Source: an uncultured Bdellovibrionales bacterium
GTDB taxonomy: Bacteria > Bdellovibrionota_C > UBA2361 > SZUA-149 > DAOLCO01
Length of the DNA stretch: 48,238 nucleotides
Direction of reading: 5' to 3'
Assembly: GCA_964472005.1 (NCBI GenBank)
Contig: CAYYIQ010000001.1
Coordinates: forward strand, 1-48,238
The translations under genes and the position numbers were made by a program. The notes under the pieces were generated by a model. That model was given only the letters and a program-made list of their open reading frames with translations, was not told where the DNA came from and ran no database searches. Shown here piece by piece: positions 1-8,778 of the stretch (positions are counted from its first letter, which is position 1; the number at the start of each line of letters is the position of its first letter).

Positions 1-232
1 TAATGAACAGGTTATATTCGTTCATGTCATAATAGTAGCTTGTGAAATATAGAAACTGGTAAATCGGATACCACACAATCCAAACCAAAAGAATTCCACC
101 GACGACGAGAATCGGCTCATGGAATAATCCGATTCTATCAATAAATTTTTCTTCGTCACCTCCCACTGACAGCCAAATAAGAAAAAAAGTAATCCCGACC
201 AATATCGCGCTTCCTATCAGAGCCTTTGACAT
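1..232 (-). CDS. hypothetical small membrane protein, 5' part only (runs off left edge of window)
   Basis: ATG at 230..232 (minus) opens a frame that stays open to the window edge. Hand translation: MSKALIGSAILVGITFFLIWLSVGGDEEKFIDRIGLFHEPILVVGGILLVWIVWYPIYQFLYF... It has two hydrophobic helices and is co-directional with 318..794. It is absent from the ORF track because there is no stop in the window. Confidence 0.35.
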   Translation of the reverse strand, partial: MSKALIGSAILVGITFFLIWLSVGGDEEKFIDRIGLFHEPILVVGGILLVWIVWYPIYQFLYFTSYYYDMNEYNLFI

Positions 233-317
233 ACTCAGAAAGCTACGCTTAAAAATTTTACGTTTTTGAATCGGGTATTGTTTCCTTAACGGAATTTCAC
301 TTGATTGCATATAATCG

Positions 318-794
318 TTATTCCGTAGTTCCATTTGTACTCGATGTACCATTAACCTCATCAATTGTGACAACTCTAGGCGGCATTTTTAGTGCGTTCG
401 CAATATCTTCTGGAAGTGGAGGAGGTGGCGTGTTTAATTGTCTTTTTAAATCTTCTGGAAGCTCCTGCGGCGGCATTTCTAATTGTTGTTTAAGATCTTC
501 TGGTAGTTCTGGAGGAGCAGCATCTAATTGCGTTTTTAAATCCTCTGGTAAATCAGCAGTGGAGGTGCTTTCCATTATTTTTGCTTGGTCTTCGAAATCG
601 TTTGGAAGGGTACTCTCAACTGGATTTTCGCGATGCTTCATTCCAGGGGGGAGACCTAGTGTATTCGATTCATTTTTAGGCAATGTAGTTTCTTGGTTTA
701 GAGTTGATTCATTTTTTGAAGAAACGTCTTCTCTAGTAAAAAAGTAATACGAACTTGCAATTAGAATAATGGTAAGGATTAAGTTTTTTAACAT
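318..794 (-). CDS. membrane-anchored/secreted Pro/Glu-rich repeat protein (unknown function)
   Basis: 158-aa ORF with a hydrophobic N-terminus (LILTIILIASSYYFF) followed by four 15-aa LPEDLKxQLxxPPxE repeats. I prefer it over the mirror ORF 301..747(+), which lacks a signal sequence and is Cys/Gly/Ser-rich. Confidence 0.55.
   Translation of the reverse strand: MLKNLILTIILIASSYYFFTREDVSSKNESTLNQETTLPKNESNTLGLPPGMKHRENPVESTLPNDFEDQAKIMESTSTADLPEDLKTQLDAAPPELPEDLKQQLEMPPQELPEDLKRQLNTPPPPLPEDIANALKMPPRVVTIDEVNGTSSTNGTTE
372..551 (-). repeat. four tandem 45-bp coding repeats (15-aa LPEDLK units)
   Basis: Translation reads LPEDLKTQLDAAPPE / LPEDLKQQLEMPPQE / LPEDLKRQLNTPPPP / LPEDIANALKMPPRV. The periodicity is also visible at DNA level (cttctggaag / cttctggtag / cctctggtaa on the plus strand). 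Confidence 0.8.
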
Positions 795-1335
795 TTGGGA
801 TTCTATGACATTCTTGTTGGATTTTTAATAAATTTTTGAAAGCCTACAATGATCTTTCGAAATTGAAACCGAGAAATTTACACTATATTAAAAATTTCAC
901 GAAATCCTCAATCTATAAAAAATCACATTATTGTGAGAACATTAAAGCGAGAGCCTTCCGGAACCACTATAGTTTAATATAAAATTTATTTATAGGAAAT
1001 TAATATTAAAATCAGCCGGTGTTTTATTGACCTAGTAGGATTCGCAATAAAAGCTTACATTTCGAGGTTCGTAATGAACCCAGATCTTTTAAGAAGAGAG
1101 AAGGCCGATTATGATAGGTAGTATATTTTTAATACCTTCCTCTAGTAAGGCGAATTTTAAGGCAGCTCTGAATTGTTAACTTTAACCACAGAAATGCAGT
1201 AAAATGAAGATGAGACCATAAACCATGTTATTAGAGACTCTTTCTAGTGAATTTTCGATTCTTGATGTATTGAAGATCGCCATAAATCATTGATAGCTCG
1301 AGTTCAATATATTAGTACAATTACAGACCATTCCA

Positions 1336-2340
1336 ATGCGCATTCAAACTAAATCGAATATGTTCCTCTTCTCGTCAGTCATAAGAGTATTTTTATTTCC
1401 AGTAATTTTTAGCTCTTGCCTTTTACCTCCTGTAGACACTGGACCAAGATATTTAGAAGAAAAAGAGTTTTCTGAATTGTCCGCGGTTACAGAAGCTAAA
1501 TCACTCCTCCAATCAGGTAGACTTGATAGCGCCGAGATGCTGTATCGTAATGTTTTAAGATCTAATCCAAATTCACTGGTTTCGCAAAACGACTTGGGAT
1601 ACCTTTTGTTGCTTGAGAATCGCTTAGAAGAAGCTCAAGAAATTTTACAAAACGTAATTGAAACCGAACCAAAGTTCATCCCATCTAGATTGAATTTGGC
1701 ACGAATCTACGTGGAAAAAGATCTAATAGGTTTGGCGATTGATCAGTACAATGAAATCGAAAGAATCATTGATTCAAATACAGACACTGGCTTAAGTGAA
1801 ATAATTGGAGAAAAATTGCCTCCAAATTATCTTGCAAATATTTATCGTAAAAAGTCTTCGGCATACTATCTTGAAGGAGATTTTGGAGAAGCAATTTGTT
1901 ATTCAGACTTAGCAATGAAGCTTAACCCGTTATTGCCAGAAATGGATCTACATGCAAGGCTGCTATACAGCTTAGAGAACAACGCTGCGGGAGTTGCGAC
2001 AGTTCAGAATTTAATTTTTACAAATGAAAATGAATTGCCAAATAATATTGTTTTCGACTTCGCTCTGGGATTAATTTCAATAAATGACTTTGAACGAGCA
2101 AAGCCAGTTCTTGACCGTGTTCTGGAGAAAGGCAATATGCTTCCGCGTGAAATGGTTGCCGCAAGGATTTTGAGATATGCGGTTATAACGAATGATACTG
2201 AGTCACTGGTATACAAAGAAAACTTCAAAGAAAATAACTTGTTAGATTGCGAAATGACGAATTTTGACGTGGACGGTTATTGGCCCTACAATAGCCTTAG
2301 GCTTATTCAAGAAACCAAATCTGACCTATGTAGTTTATAA
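1336..2340 (+). CDS. TPR-repeat lipoprotein
   Basis: 334 aa with a signal peptide and lipobox (VIFSSC). It has several TPR-like helix pairs (e.g. AEMLYRNVLRSNPNSLVSQNDLGYLLLLENRLEEAQEILQNVIETEPK). It ends 10 nt before dnaB. Confidence 0.75.
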   Translation: MRIQTKSNMFLFSSVIRVFLFPVIFSSCLLPPVDTGPRYLEEKEFSELSAVTEAKSLLQSGRLDSAEMLYRNVLRSNPNSLVSQNDLGYLLLLENRLEEAQEILQNVIETEPKFIPSRLNLARIYVEKDLIGLAIDQYNEIERIIDSNTDTGLSEIIGEKLPPNYLANIYRKKSSAYYLEGDFGEAICYSDLAMKLNPLLPEMDLHARLLYSLENNAAGVATVQNLIFTNENELPNNIVFDFALGLISINDFERAKPVLDRVLEKGNMLPREMVAARILRYAVITNDTESLVYKENFKENNLLDCEMTNFDVDGYWPYNSLRLIQETKSDLCSL

Positions 2341-2350
2341 GTAAGAAGTT

Positions 2351-3781
2351 ATGCAGACTAAAAAAAAATCTAATTATCAGGAGAAGCCTGAGACATCCTC
2401 TGGTAGAATTCCACCTCATGCTCTCGATGCGGAACAGGCCTTACTTGGGGCTATTTTAATTGATAACGAATCAATCTATGGAGTTCTTGAAATACTCCAA
2501 GAAACAGATTTCTATAAATCAGGTCATTCGATAGTTTTTAAATCGATGGTTTCGTTGTCAGAAAAACATGAGCCGATTGACGTCGTGACGCTTTCTGGTG
2601 AATTAAAAGGAATTGGAGAATTAGAAAAAATTGGCGGCTTAGACTATCTATCTATGCTTGTCGATGTTGTCCCAACTTCAGCACACACCGATTATTACGC
2701 ACGTCAAATTAGAGAAATGTCGATTAGGCGTCAGTTAATACATGAGGCTGGGGAAATCTCTAATCAGGCATTTGAGCTAACCCAAAAGACAGAAGATTTA
2801 CTAGATAGCATCGAACAACGAATTTTTGCGATCTCTGAAGCAAAGGTAAACAAAGGTTTCTCTAAAGTAGGAGAAATTGTTAAAGAATCTATTAAACAGG
2901 TTGAGCAGCTATATATAAACAATGATCAATTAACAGGAATACCTTCGGGTTTCGTCGATTTAGATGAAGTTACCTCAGGTTTCCAGAAATCCGATCTTAT
3001 CATTCTCGCTGGAAGACCTAGTATGGGTAAGACAGCTCTAGCGCTTAGTATTGCGCGACATGTTGGAGTTGAAGAAGGGAAACGGGTTGCAATTTTCTCT
3101 CTCGAAATGTCAAAAGAGCAAATCGTAATGCGATTATTATGCTCGGAAGCTAAAGTTAGTAATTCGCGAGTTAGAAGTGGTAAGTTACAGGATTCGGATT
3201 TTCCAAGATTGGTTGATGGCGCCGCTAGGATTGCCCAAGCAGATATTTACGTTGATGATACACCTTCATTACCAATTCTCGAGATGAGAGCTAAGGCGAG
3301 GCGACTGCACCGCGAAAGTCCACTAAATATGATCGTCGTTGATTATCTACAGCTAATGAAAGGATCTCAACGAAACTCGGAGCGACGTGAACAAGAAATT
3401 TCAGAAATAACAAGTTCTTTGAAAGCTATTGCCAAAGAGCTTTCAGTTCCTGTAATAGCTCTTTCACAATTAAATCGTGCGGTAGAAAACCGTACAGATC
3501 GGCGACCATTGATGGCGGATTTAAGAGAGTCTGGTGCAATTGAGCAAGATGCGGATTTGATTGCCTTCGTCTATAGAGATGAAGTGTATAATCCTGAAAC
3601 GGATGATAAAGGTGTTGCAGAATTGATCATTGCGAAACATCGGAACGGATCCGTGGGTACCGTTAAATTAGGGTTCCAAGGAGAATTTACGCTATTTGTT
3701 AACCTTGAAGAAGATGTCGCGGATTACGATTATCTTGGTAGCGATATTGGGTTTAACGAAGAAGAGGAAGAACTAATATAG
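2351..3781 (+). CDS. dnaB: replicative DNA helicase DnaB
   Basis: 476 aa. It has the N-terminal DnaB signature PPHALDAEQALLGAIL, Walker A GRPSMGKT, and helicase motifs VVDYLQLM and ALSQLNR. There is no intein. It ends in an acidic ~25-aa C-terminal tail. Confidence 0.97.
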   Translation: MQTKKKSNYQEKPETSSGRIPPHALDAEQALLGAILIDNESIYGVLEILQETDFYKSGHSIVFKSMVSLSEKHEPIDVVTLSGELKGIGELEKIGGLDYLSMLVDVVPTSAHTDYYARQIREMSIRRQLIHEAGEISNQAFELTQKTEDLLDSIEQRIFAISEAKVNKGFSKVGEIVKESIKQVEQLYINNDQLTGIPSGFVDLDEVTSGFQKSDLIILAGRPSMGKTALALSIARHVGVEEGKRVAIFSLEMSKEQIVMRLLCSEAKVSNSRVRSGKLQDSDFPRLVDGAARIAQADIYVDDTPSLPILEMRAKARRLHRESPLNMIVVDYLQLMKGSQRNSERREQEISEITSSLKAIAKELSVPVIALSQLNRAVENRTDRRPLMADLRESGAIEQDADLIAFVYRDEVYNPETDDKGVAELIIAKHRNGSVGTVKLGFQGEFTLFVNLEEDVADYDYLGSDIGFNEEEEELI

Positions 3782-3795
3782 AATACAGATTTTGT

Positions 3796-3873
3796 CGGGG
3801 CGTGGCGCAGCCTGGCTAGCGCGTTCGCTTGGGGTGCGAGAGGTCGGCGGTTCAAATCCGCTCGCTCCGACCA
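3796..3873 (+). tRNA. tRNA-Pro (anticodon GGG), CCA encoded
   Basis: Hand-folded cloverleaf. Acceptor CGGGGCG/CGCTCCG, anticodon stem TTCGC/GCGAG, loop TTGGGGT (U33, GGG, G37), T arm GGCGG-TTCAAAT-CCGCT, discriminator A followed by CCA. Confidence 0.9.
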
Positions 3874-4174
3874 TTATTTTATTCGATTAACATTAAATTT
3901 CATTCTATTTCCCTTTTTATCAATTTCCCAGGGCGATATATTCCGAGATTTTCTCTTTGAAATCCGAAAAAATCACCACTTTCACATCTTAGTAAGTTGA
4001 GTTTTGGAATGAACTAATTAGACGCCGAAGTGAATCAGCTTCTCAAGTGGAAAGGAGACGAATTACGCAACTTCTTGTTAGTTAAAGTTAATATTTGTCA
4101 ATCAGGGCTTTAATTTACTTGCCTAAATTGAAAAATTTTCCGATAAATATAAAAACTACTAGACTCTGGTGCAA

Positions 4175-5077
4175 ATGAAAAATAAATCTCCGAATTTCTA
4201 CTTCGCCTTTTTGATTATTTCCTTAATCTCATTTTTTACGACGGGTTGTAGTATCGTTGGTGTCGATAAAGTCGGTGGCATGTCTTCTTTTGGTGGTTTT
4301 GGGAGTCAAGATGGAGTTCCCGCCAAGCCGATGTATCATGTGATTGCGAAAGGTGAAAGTCTTTTGGGTATCTCTGGTAAGTATCAGGCGACACCTGATG
4401 AAATCTTACTCTTGAATGGGCTACAGACCACAAATTATTTTAAGGTCGGTCAAAGACTACTTGTGGGGTATCGTTACCCTGAAGACGAAATTATTGACAG
4501 TATACCTTCTACAAGAACGGCCTCAGGACTGGATACAAATAATAAACCGAAAGTTGTCAGAGCAAGTTTGAACTCGGACTCGAAAAGTGTTCCTTCTGGT
4601 TCAGTTAAATACGAAGGTGGGAGGATCCTCTGGCCTTTGGTGCAATCTGCTCGAATCGTTTCTGGTTTTGGACCAAGATGGGGAACCTTTCATGATGGTT
4701 TAGATCTGGCGGCACCTACTGGCACAAAAGTTATTGCGGCTCATTCTGGAACAGTCGCCTACGCGGGTTCTGATTTGGGAGGTTATGGAAAGCTTATTGT
4801 GATAAAAGGTGAAGATGGTCTTATCTCTGTTTACGCACACAATAGTGCATTACTAGTATCACAAGGTAAGAAAGTAAGTAGAGGCGATTCGATAGCAAAA
4901 GTTGGTGCGACAGGTAAAGCCGAAGGCCCGCATTTACATTTCGAAATACGAACTCGGGACAAGAGAGGTAAGGCAGTCGCTGTCGATCCGCTACCCTTGT
5001 TAATTCCAGATGAGAAGACGAAACCGAGATATAGAATAAACGACAGCTTGCAGCCATTATTGGCTTGGCTAGATTGA
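4175..5077 (+). CDS. LysM-domain M23 family metallopeptidase lipoprotein (NlpD-like)
   Basis: Lipobox FFTTGC. LysM segment YHVIAKGESLLGISGKYQATPDEILLLNGL. M23 catalytic motifs HDGLD and HLHFEI are both intact. The ORF track starts at GTG 4169; ATG 4175 (MKNKS) is the likelier start. Confidence 0.9.
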   Translation: MKNKSPNFYFAFLIISLISFFTTGCSIVGVDKVGGMSSFGGFGSQDGVPAKPMYHVIAKGESLLGISGKYQATPDEILLLNGLQTTNYFKVGQRLLVGYRYPEDEIIDSIPSTRTASGLDTNNKPKVVRASLNSDSKSVPSGSVKYEGGRILWPLVQSARIVSGFGPRWGTFHDGLDLAAPTGTKVIAAHSGTVAYAGSDLGGYGKLIVIKGEDGLISVYAHNSALLVSQGKKVSRGDSIAKVGATGKAEGPHLHFEIRTRDKRGKAVAVDPLPLLIPDEKTKPRYRINDSLQPLLAWLD

Positions 5078-5288
5078 GTCAAAATGATCACAATTTGATG
5101 TAAACTGAAGGTTTCGTAAAATAAATTCTTGAATATAAGCATACTTCAACATGATCTTACTCATATCGCGCACCTCTAAAAGCTCTTAGTTTATCTTAAC
5201 CCTCCGAGAAAAAAGAAATTTTTTAATGGATAATAATGCCAAATTTGTTTGCTTTAGAACAACAAACATAGTAAATACGCGGTGTTAT

Positions 5289-5362
5289 GCCTTCGTAGCT
5301 CAGTAGGATAGAGCACAGGTTTCCTAAACCTGGGGTCAGAGGTTCGAATCCTCTCGGAGGCA
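5289..5362 (+). tRNA. tRNA-Arg (anticodon CCT)
   Basis: Hand-folded 74-nt cloverleaf. Acceptor GCCTTCG/CGGAGGC, anticodon stem CAGGT/ACCTG, loop TTCCTAA, T arm AGAGG-TTCGAAT-CCTCT, discriminator A. CCA is not encoded. Confidence 0.9.
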
Positions 5363-5478
5363 ATGTGAGTCTAAAGGTCTAGGATCTTTGAAATAATATC
5401 TTTCGTTAGATTGTATATAGTATAAAGTATTATTGAGGTTTTTATTAATTTTTTTAATCGTGTGAATCAGGAGATTTT

Positions 5479-5781
5479 ATGAATAAATCTGAGCTTATAG
5501 AAAAGATGGCTGAAAAAATGGGTGTTGGCGTTATTCAAGCTGAAGAGCTTATGAATTTAATGTTTGGCAAAATGAAAAGCGCTCTTTTAAAAGGCGATCG
5601 AATCGAGATAAGAGGATTCGGAAGATTCAAGGTCAAGGAATATGATAGCTACATGGGTAGAAATCCAAAGACCGGTGAAAAAATTCAAGTTGCGCCTAAG
5701 AAGTTGCCGACATTCAAATTGGGTAAAGAACTTAAGAAGAGATTGAATGGCGGAGTCTTACCAGGTGTAGACGGAGAGTAA
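5479..5781 (+). CDS. ihfB: integration host factor beta-like / HU-family DNA-binding protein
   Basis: 100 aa. KSELIEKMA...GDRIEIRGFGRFKV...GRNPKTGEKIQV...PTFKLGKELKKR matches the IhfB pattern (RIEIRGFG, RNPKTG, FKPGKEL). There is a good SD (AGGAG) upstream. Confidence 0.75.
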   Translation: MNKSELIEKMAEKMGVGVIQAEELMNLMFGKMKSALLKGDRIEIRGFGRFKVKEYDSYMGRNPKTGEKIQVAPKKLPTFKLGKELKKRLNGGVLPGVDGE

Positions 5782-5833
5782 TTTTTTTCTGCATAGTAGT
5801 ATAAAGTAATTAAATATTGAGAGTAAAAATAAA

Positions 5834-6211
5834 ATGTCAATCGACTATTTAGAAGATCTAGAAAAATCAGTAGATAACGGTTCTGATTTATATGTATGTC
5901 CAGGAGTGCAATCATCGGAGTGGGAAATATCTTCGGATATAGAGACACTAGAAAAGAAAGCGCAACGTACAGCTAATGCTTCTAAGTATCAGTGTCATAT
6001 TTATCGCTTGATTAATAAGGGCGATGCATTAAGTGACGACGCGTTTCTAGTGGTAAGAAAAATTTTGGATCCAACAGCTAAAGGCGAGCCAAGATTCCAG
6101 TGGAGTATCGTTGATACAAAAGAAGCCGCCGAAATGATGAGAGACGTGAGTCAGGGACCAAGCCCGTATTTTGGTGCGAGCATCGAGAAAACTTTTGAAC
6201 CTGCAAAGTAG
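5834..6211 (+). CDS. hypothetical protein (no recognisable domain)
   Basis: 125-aa ORF, 52 nt after ihfB and co-directional with it. I recognise no motif. Confidence 0.5.
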   Translation: MSIDYLEDLEKSVDNGSDLYVCPGVQSSEWEISSDIETLEKKAQRTANASKYQCHIYRLINKGDALSDDAFLVVRKILDPTAKGEPRFQWSIVDTKEAAEMMRDVSQGPSPYFGASIEKTFEPAK

Positions 6212-6217
6212 TTTAAA

Positions 6218-6481
6218 ATGAAATTACCACAAAAAATTACGGTGTCGAAACTTGTCAGTGGACGTTACGGCACCGAGCCAAAACCTTTAAGTTGGGATGA
6301 ACGAATCTCGGGTGTTGATGTAGTTCTTGATTCTGACGGTCTCGAATTTCAACTCGACTCATCTGGTGACCAAGGTTCTCCAGTTGAAGGATGGGAAGTC
6401 GTTTTGACGGGTGAGGGGACTTCGGCCGGTACTTATAAATGGACTCTGTACGGAATCTCTAATCCATCTCGCACGGCCTAA
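6218..6481 (+). CDS. hypothetical protein (no recognisable domain)
   Basis: 87-aa ORF, 6 nt after the previous ORF, probably co-transcribed with it. I recognise no motif. Confidence 0.5.
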   Translation: MKLPQKITVSKLVSGRYGTEPKPLSWDERISGVDVVLDSDGLEFQLDSSGDQGSPVEGWEVVLTGEGTSAGTYKWTLYGISNPSRTA

Positions 6482-6594
6482 TTGTCTGACAGCGTTCTTT
6501 GCATTAGATTTTTCTCATCAAAGGCGCTTTCAACTAAATTTGATTTTTAGTTGCTGTTTTGTGTGTTTTGAATAGTTCTAAGCTTTAACTTCGT

Positions 6595-7014
6595 CTATTT
6601 CAATACGAATGATTTTACTATCTCGTCGACAACATCCTTCATCGCTAATACACCTAAAGCATCGCCATTCTCAGATACGATAGGAACGTGTCGAAAGCCA
6701 CCTTCGGTCATGAGCTGCAATGCGTAACCCAGTGGCGATGTCATTGATACAGTCATTGGATTAATCGTCATCAAACTACCTATTTCAACAGATTCTTGTT
6801 TGACCTGAGATAGAACAACCTTTTTTAAAACATCTCTTTCTGTAAATATACCCAAAAGTTTATCATCTTCGTCGCAGATAAGAACTGCTCCACCTGACTC
6901 ATCTTTCAATTTCTCTAGTACGCCACTGAGTGGCGCGTCTGGTAGAACCATGATGGGCGGTTTGGGATTCAGTAATCCAATGCTTTTAGAGAGATAGTGT
7001 GCGTCTAATTTCAT
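6595..7014 (-). CDS. CBS-domain pair protein
   Basis: 139 aa with two CBS repeats (GIFTERDVLKKV ... GVLAMKDVVDEI). It lies 12 nt downstream of the DUF342 gene. Confidence 0.85.
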   Translation of the reverse strand: MKLDAHYLSKSIGLLNPKPPIMVLPDAPLSGVLEKLKDESGGAVLICDEDDKLLGIFTERDVLKKVVLSQVKQESVEIGSLMTINPMTVSMTSPLGYALQLMTEGGFRHVPIVSENGDALGVLAMKDVVDEIVKSFVLK

Positions 7015-7026
7015 TTTGCCTTTACT

Positions 7027-8580
7027 TTAATTTTTAACTAATAGTTCACAACTAATATTACTAAAATTTTTCATACTGAACGTCTTCTCTTCCCAGTCGT
7101 ATAGAAGTGAAAAACTTTCGAGCTTATCCTCTTCAATTTTATAAACAGATTCCTCTGCCTTTACGATAAGGTTTTGATATGAACCTTTTACCGCATTCAA
7201 TTGAGAATATTTAACTTTTTTCGAATTTACTTTTAACTCATTTAAGTTCTTTGTCTCTATTTTGATATTTGTTAAAAGATTTCTAATCGCTATTAGAGAT
7301 TCCTTAATCTTTGTTTGGTGACTGGTCGATAGACCACGAATAGAACTTTGATTTTCTATGAATGGTCCTAGAAACAGTTCTAGACGCGTTTTTTTTTCAA
7401 CAAGACTGTCTAGTACGCTTTTCATGCGGACGTACTCAATACCTGCTTCTACCGGATTTAAAAATTCCACAATCGTCGTAACACCACTTGAATTTCCGAA
7501 GTAGTTCGCTTCAATTCCACAAGCAGTGGAAATTTTGGAAGCATAAACAGATCCACTACACAAAACTAAACTGGAGGAGTGGACGTGAGACCTGACTATT
7601 GAGCCCTTAATTTCAACGATATCTCCGGCAAAAACTCTTGCATTTTGTAATGCCTCAGCAACTAACTTTAGGTGAGCGCTGATCGTATGTTGGTTATCAG
7701 ACCCTTTTTCAAGATAGCTTGCTAGGCCTTTGTCTGTGACATCTTCGTCCAGTACTATACCGTCAATTTTAATGCTTCCTTCGCGAGATATGATATTTGA
7801 GTGATTCACGTTACCTGATATTTTAATGTCCTTTAACGCATCAACTTTAAAACCTTCTTTTACATCACCATTTATCTCAATTTCATTTTCGAAAATAATA
7901 CTACCAACTTTATGATCAATATTGCCTCTAATTTTTAGTACGGTCTCCAAAGAGATTGAATAACTGTTTTTAAATTTGTTTTCCGAAATTACTCTTACGT
8001 AACCATTTTCGTCGGCAATTATTTCCTTGAAAGGGTGATTTTGTTGCGATTTAAGTCTTAAATTTTCACTCAATACTAATTCAACTTCTTTCCCAGGTGT
8101 AAACTGTATGGTGTTATTTAAAACGTCAAAACCATCCGTTCCAGGCTTTGGCTCGTATAGTCTTGCAATGACCGCGCCGTGCATGATGGAGTCATATTTT
8201 TTTTGAAATCTATTGTTAAAATCGTAGATACCTTCAAAGGATTCACTCAATGGCTTGATCATTAATAGAAATTTGCCGTCAATTCCAGGTTTTGGATTTT
8301 GACCCTGCGCAATTTTTCTTTCAGCTGAAGTTCCGTTTTTAAACAGAATTTCGAATGCATTTTGTAATATTTTAACATCAATTAATTTTTCTGAGATCTT
8401 TGATTCAATCCAAGCACAGACTTCTGTTTTGAATTCTTCACGATTGAATTGTGATATGACGAACTCGCTATTTTCATCCTTAATGAACTCAATGAACGCT
8501 TTCATTAAATTTTCTCTAAGTCTCAACGTGACAAGCACTCCTTGAGTTGAGAATTCAAAATTTTGAGTTGATAGGTCCAT
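7027..8580 (-). CDS. DUF342 / FapA-like (flagellar assembly protein A family) protein
   Basis: 517 aa. It has two P-x-P-G-x-DG motifs (NPKPGIDGKF, EPKPGTDGFDV), a central beta-helix-like G-x-I/V repeat region (GNIDHKVGSIIFENEIEINGDVKEG...ISGNVNHSNIISREGSIKIDG) and a C-terminal coiled-coil segment. Confidence 0.8.
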   Translation of the reverse strand: MDLSTQNFEFSTQGVLVTLRLRENLMKAFIEFIKDENSEFVISQFNREEFKTEVCAWIESKISEKLIDVKILQNAFEILFKNGTSAERKIAQGQNPKPGIDGKFLLMIKPLSESFEGIYDFNNRFQKKYDSIMHGAVIARLYEPKPGTDGFDVLNNTIQFTPGKEVELVLSENLRLKSQQNHPFKEIIADENGYVRVISENKFKNSYSISLETVLKIRGNIDHKVGSIIFENEIEINGDVKEGFKVDALKDIKISGNVNHSNIISREGSIKIDGIVLDEDVTDKGLASYLEKGSDNQHTISAHLKLVAEALQNARVFAGDIVEIKGSIVRSHVHSSSLVLCSGSVYASKISTACGIEANYFGNSSGVTTIVEFLNPVEAGIEYVRMKSVLDSLVEKKTRLELFLGPFIENQSSIRGLSTSHQTKIKESLIAIRNLLTNIKIETKNLNELKVNSKKVKYSQLNAVKGSYQNLIVKAEESVYKIEEDKLESFSLLYDWEEKTFSMKNFSNISCELLVKN

Positions 8581-8778
8581 ATGAGAGACATATCGGCAGA
8601 TTTAGGAATAAAGTTTCTAGTTATAGGAGTTGTAAGGTGTTAATGCCTTATAAGTAACCTTATCGGGTATAGAGTGGGTTATTCGATCGACGTCTACCCT
8701 TAGGTCTAGTCAGGCTTCTAATATTGAGCAGCATAAACAATCAGTTAGTAACCCGTCTATTTACTCACTTTAAAGAGA

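Noticed and set aside
301-747. 148-aa plus-strand ORF (Gly/Ser/Cys-rich repeats)
   Set aside because: It is the mirror image of the tandem repeats in 318..794(-). It has no signal sequence, its composition is implausible, and the minus-strand ORF has a proper membrane anchor.
1111-1179. 22-aa ORF (MIGSIFLIPSSSKANFKAALNC) with an upstream purine-rich stretch
   Set aside because: It is too short, and without conservation data I cannot support it as a gene.
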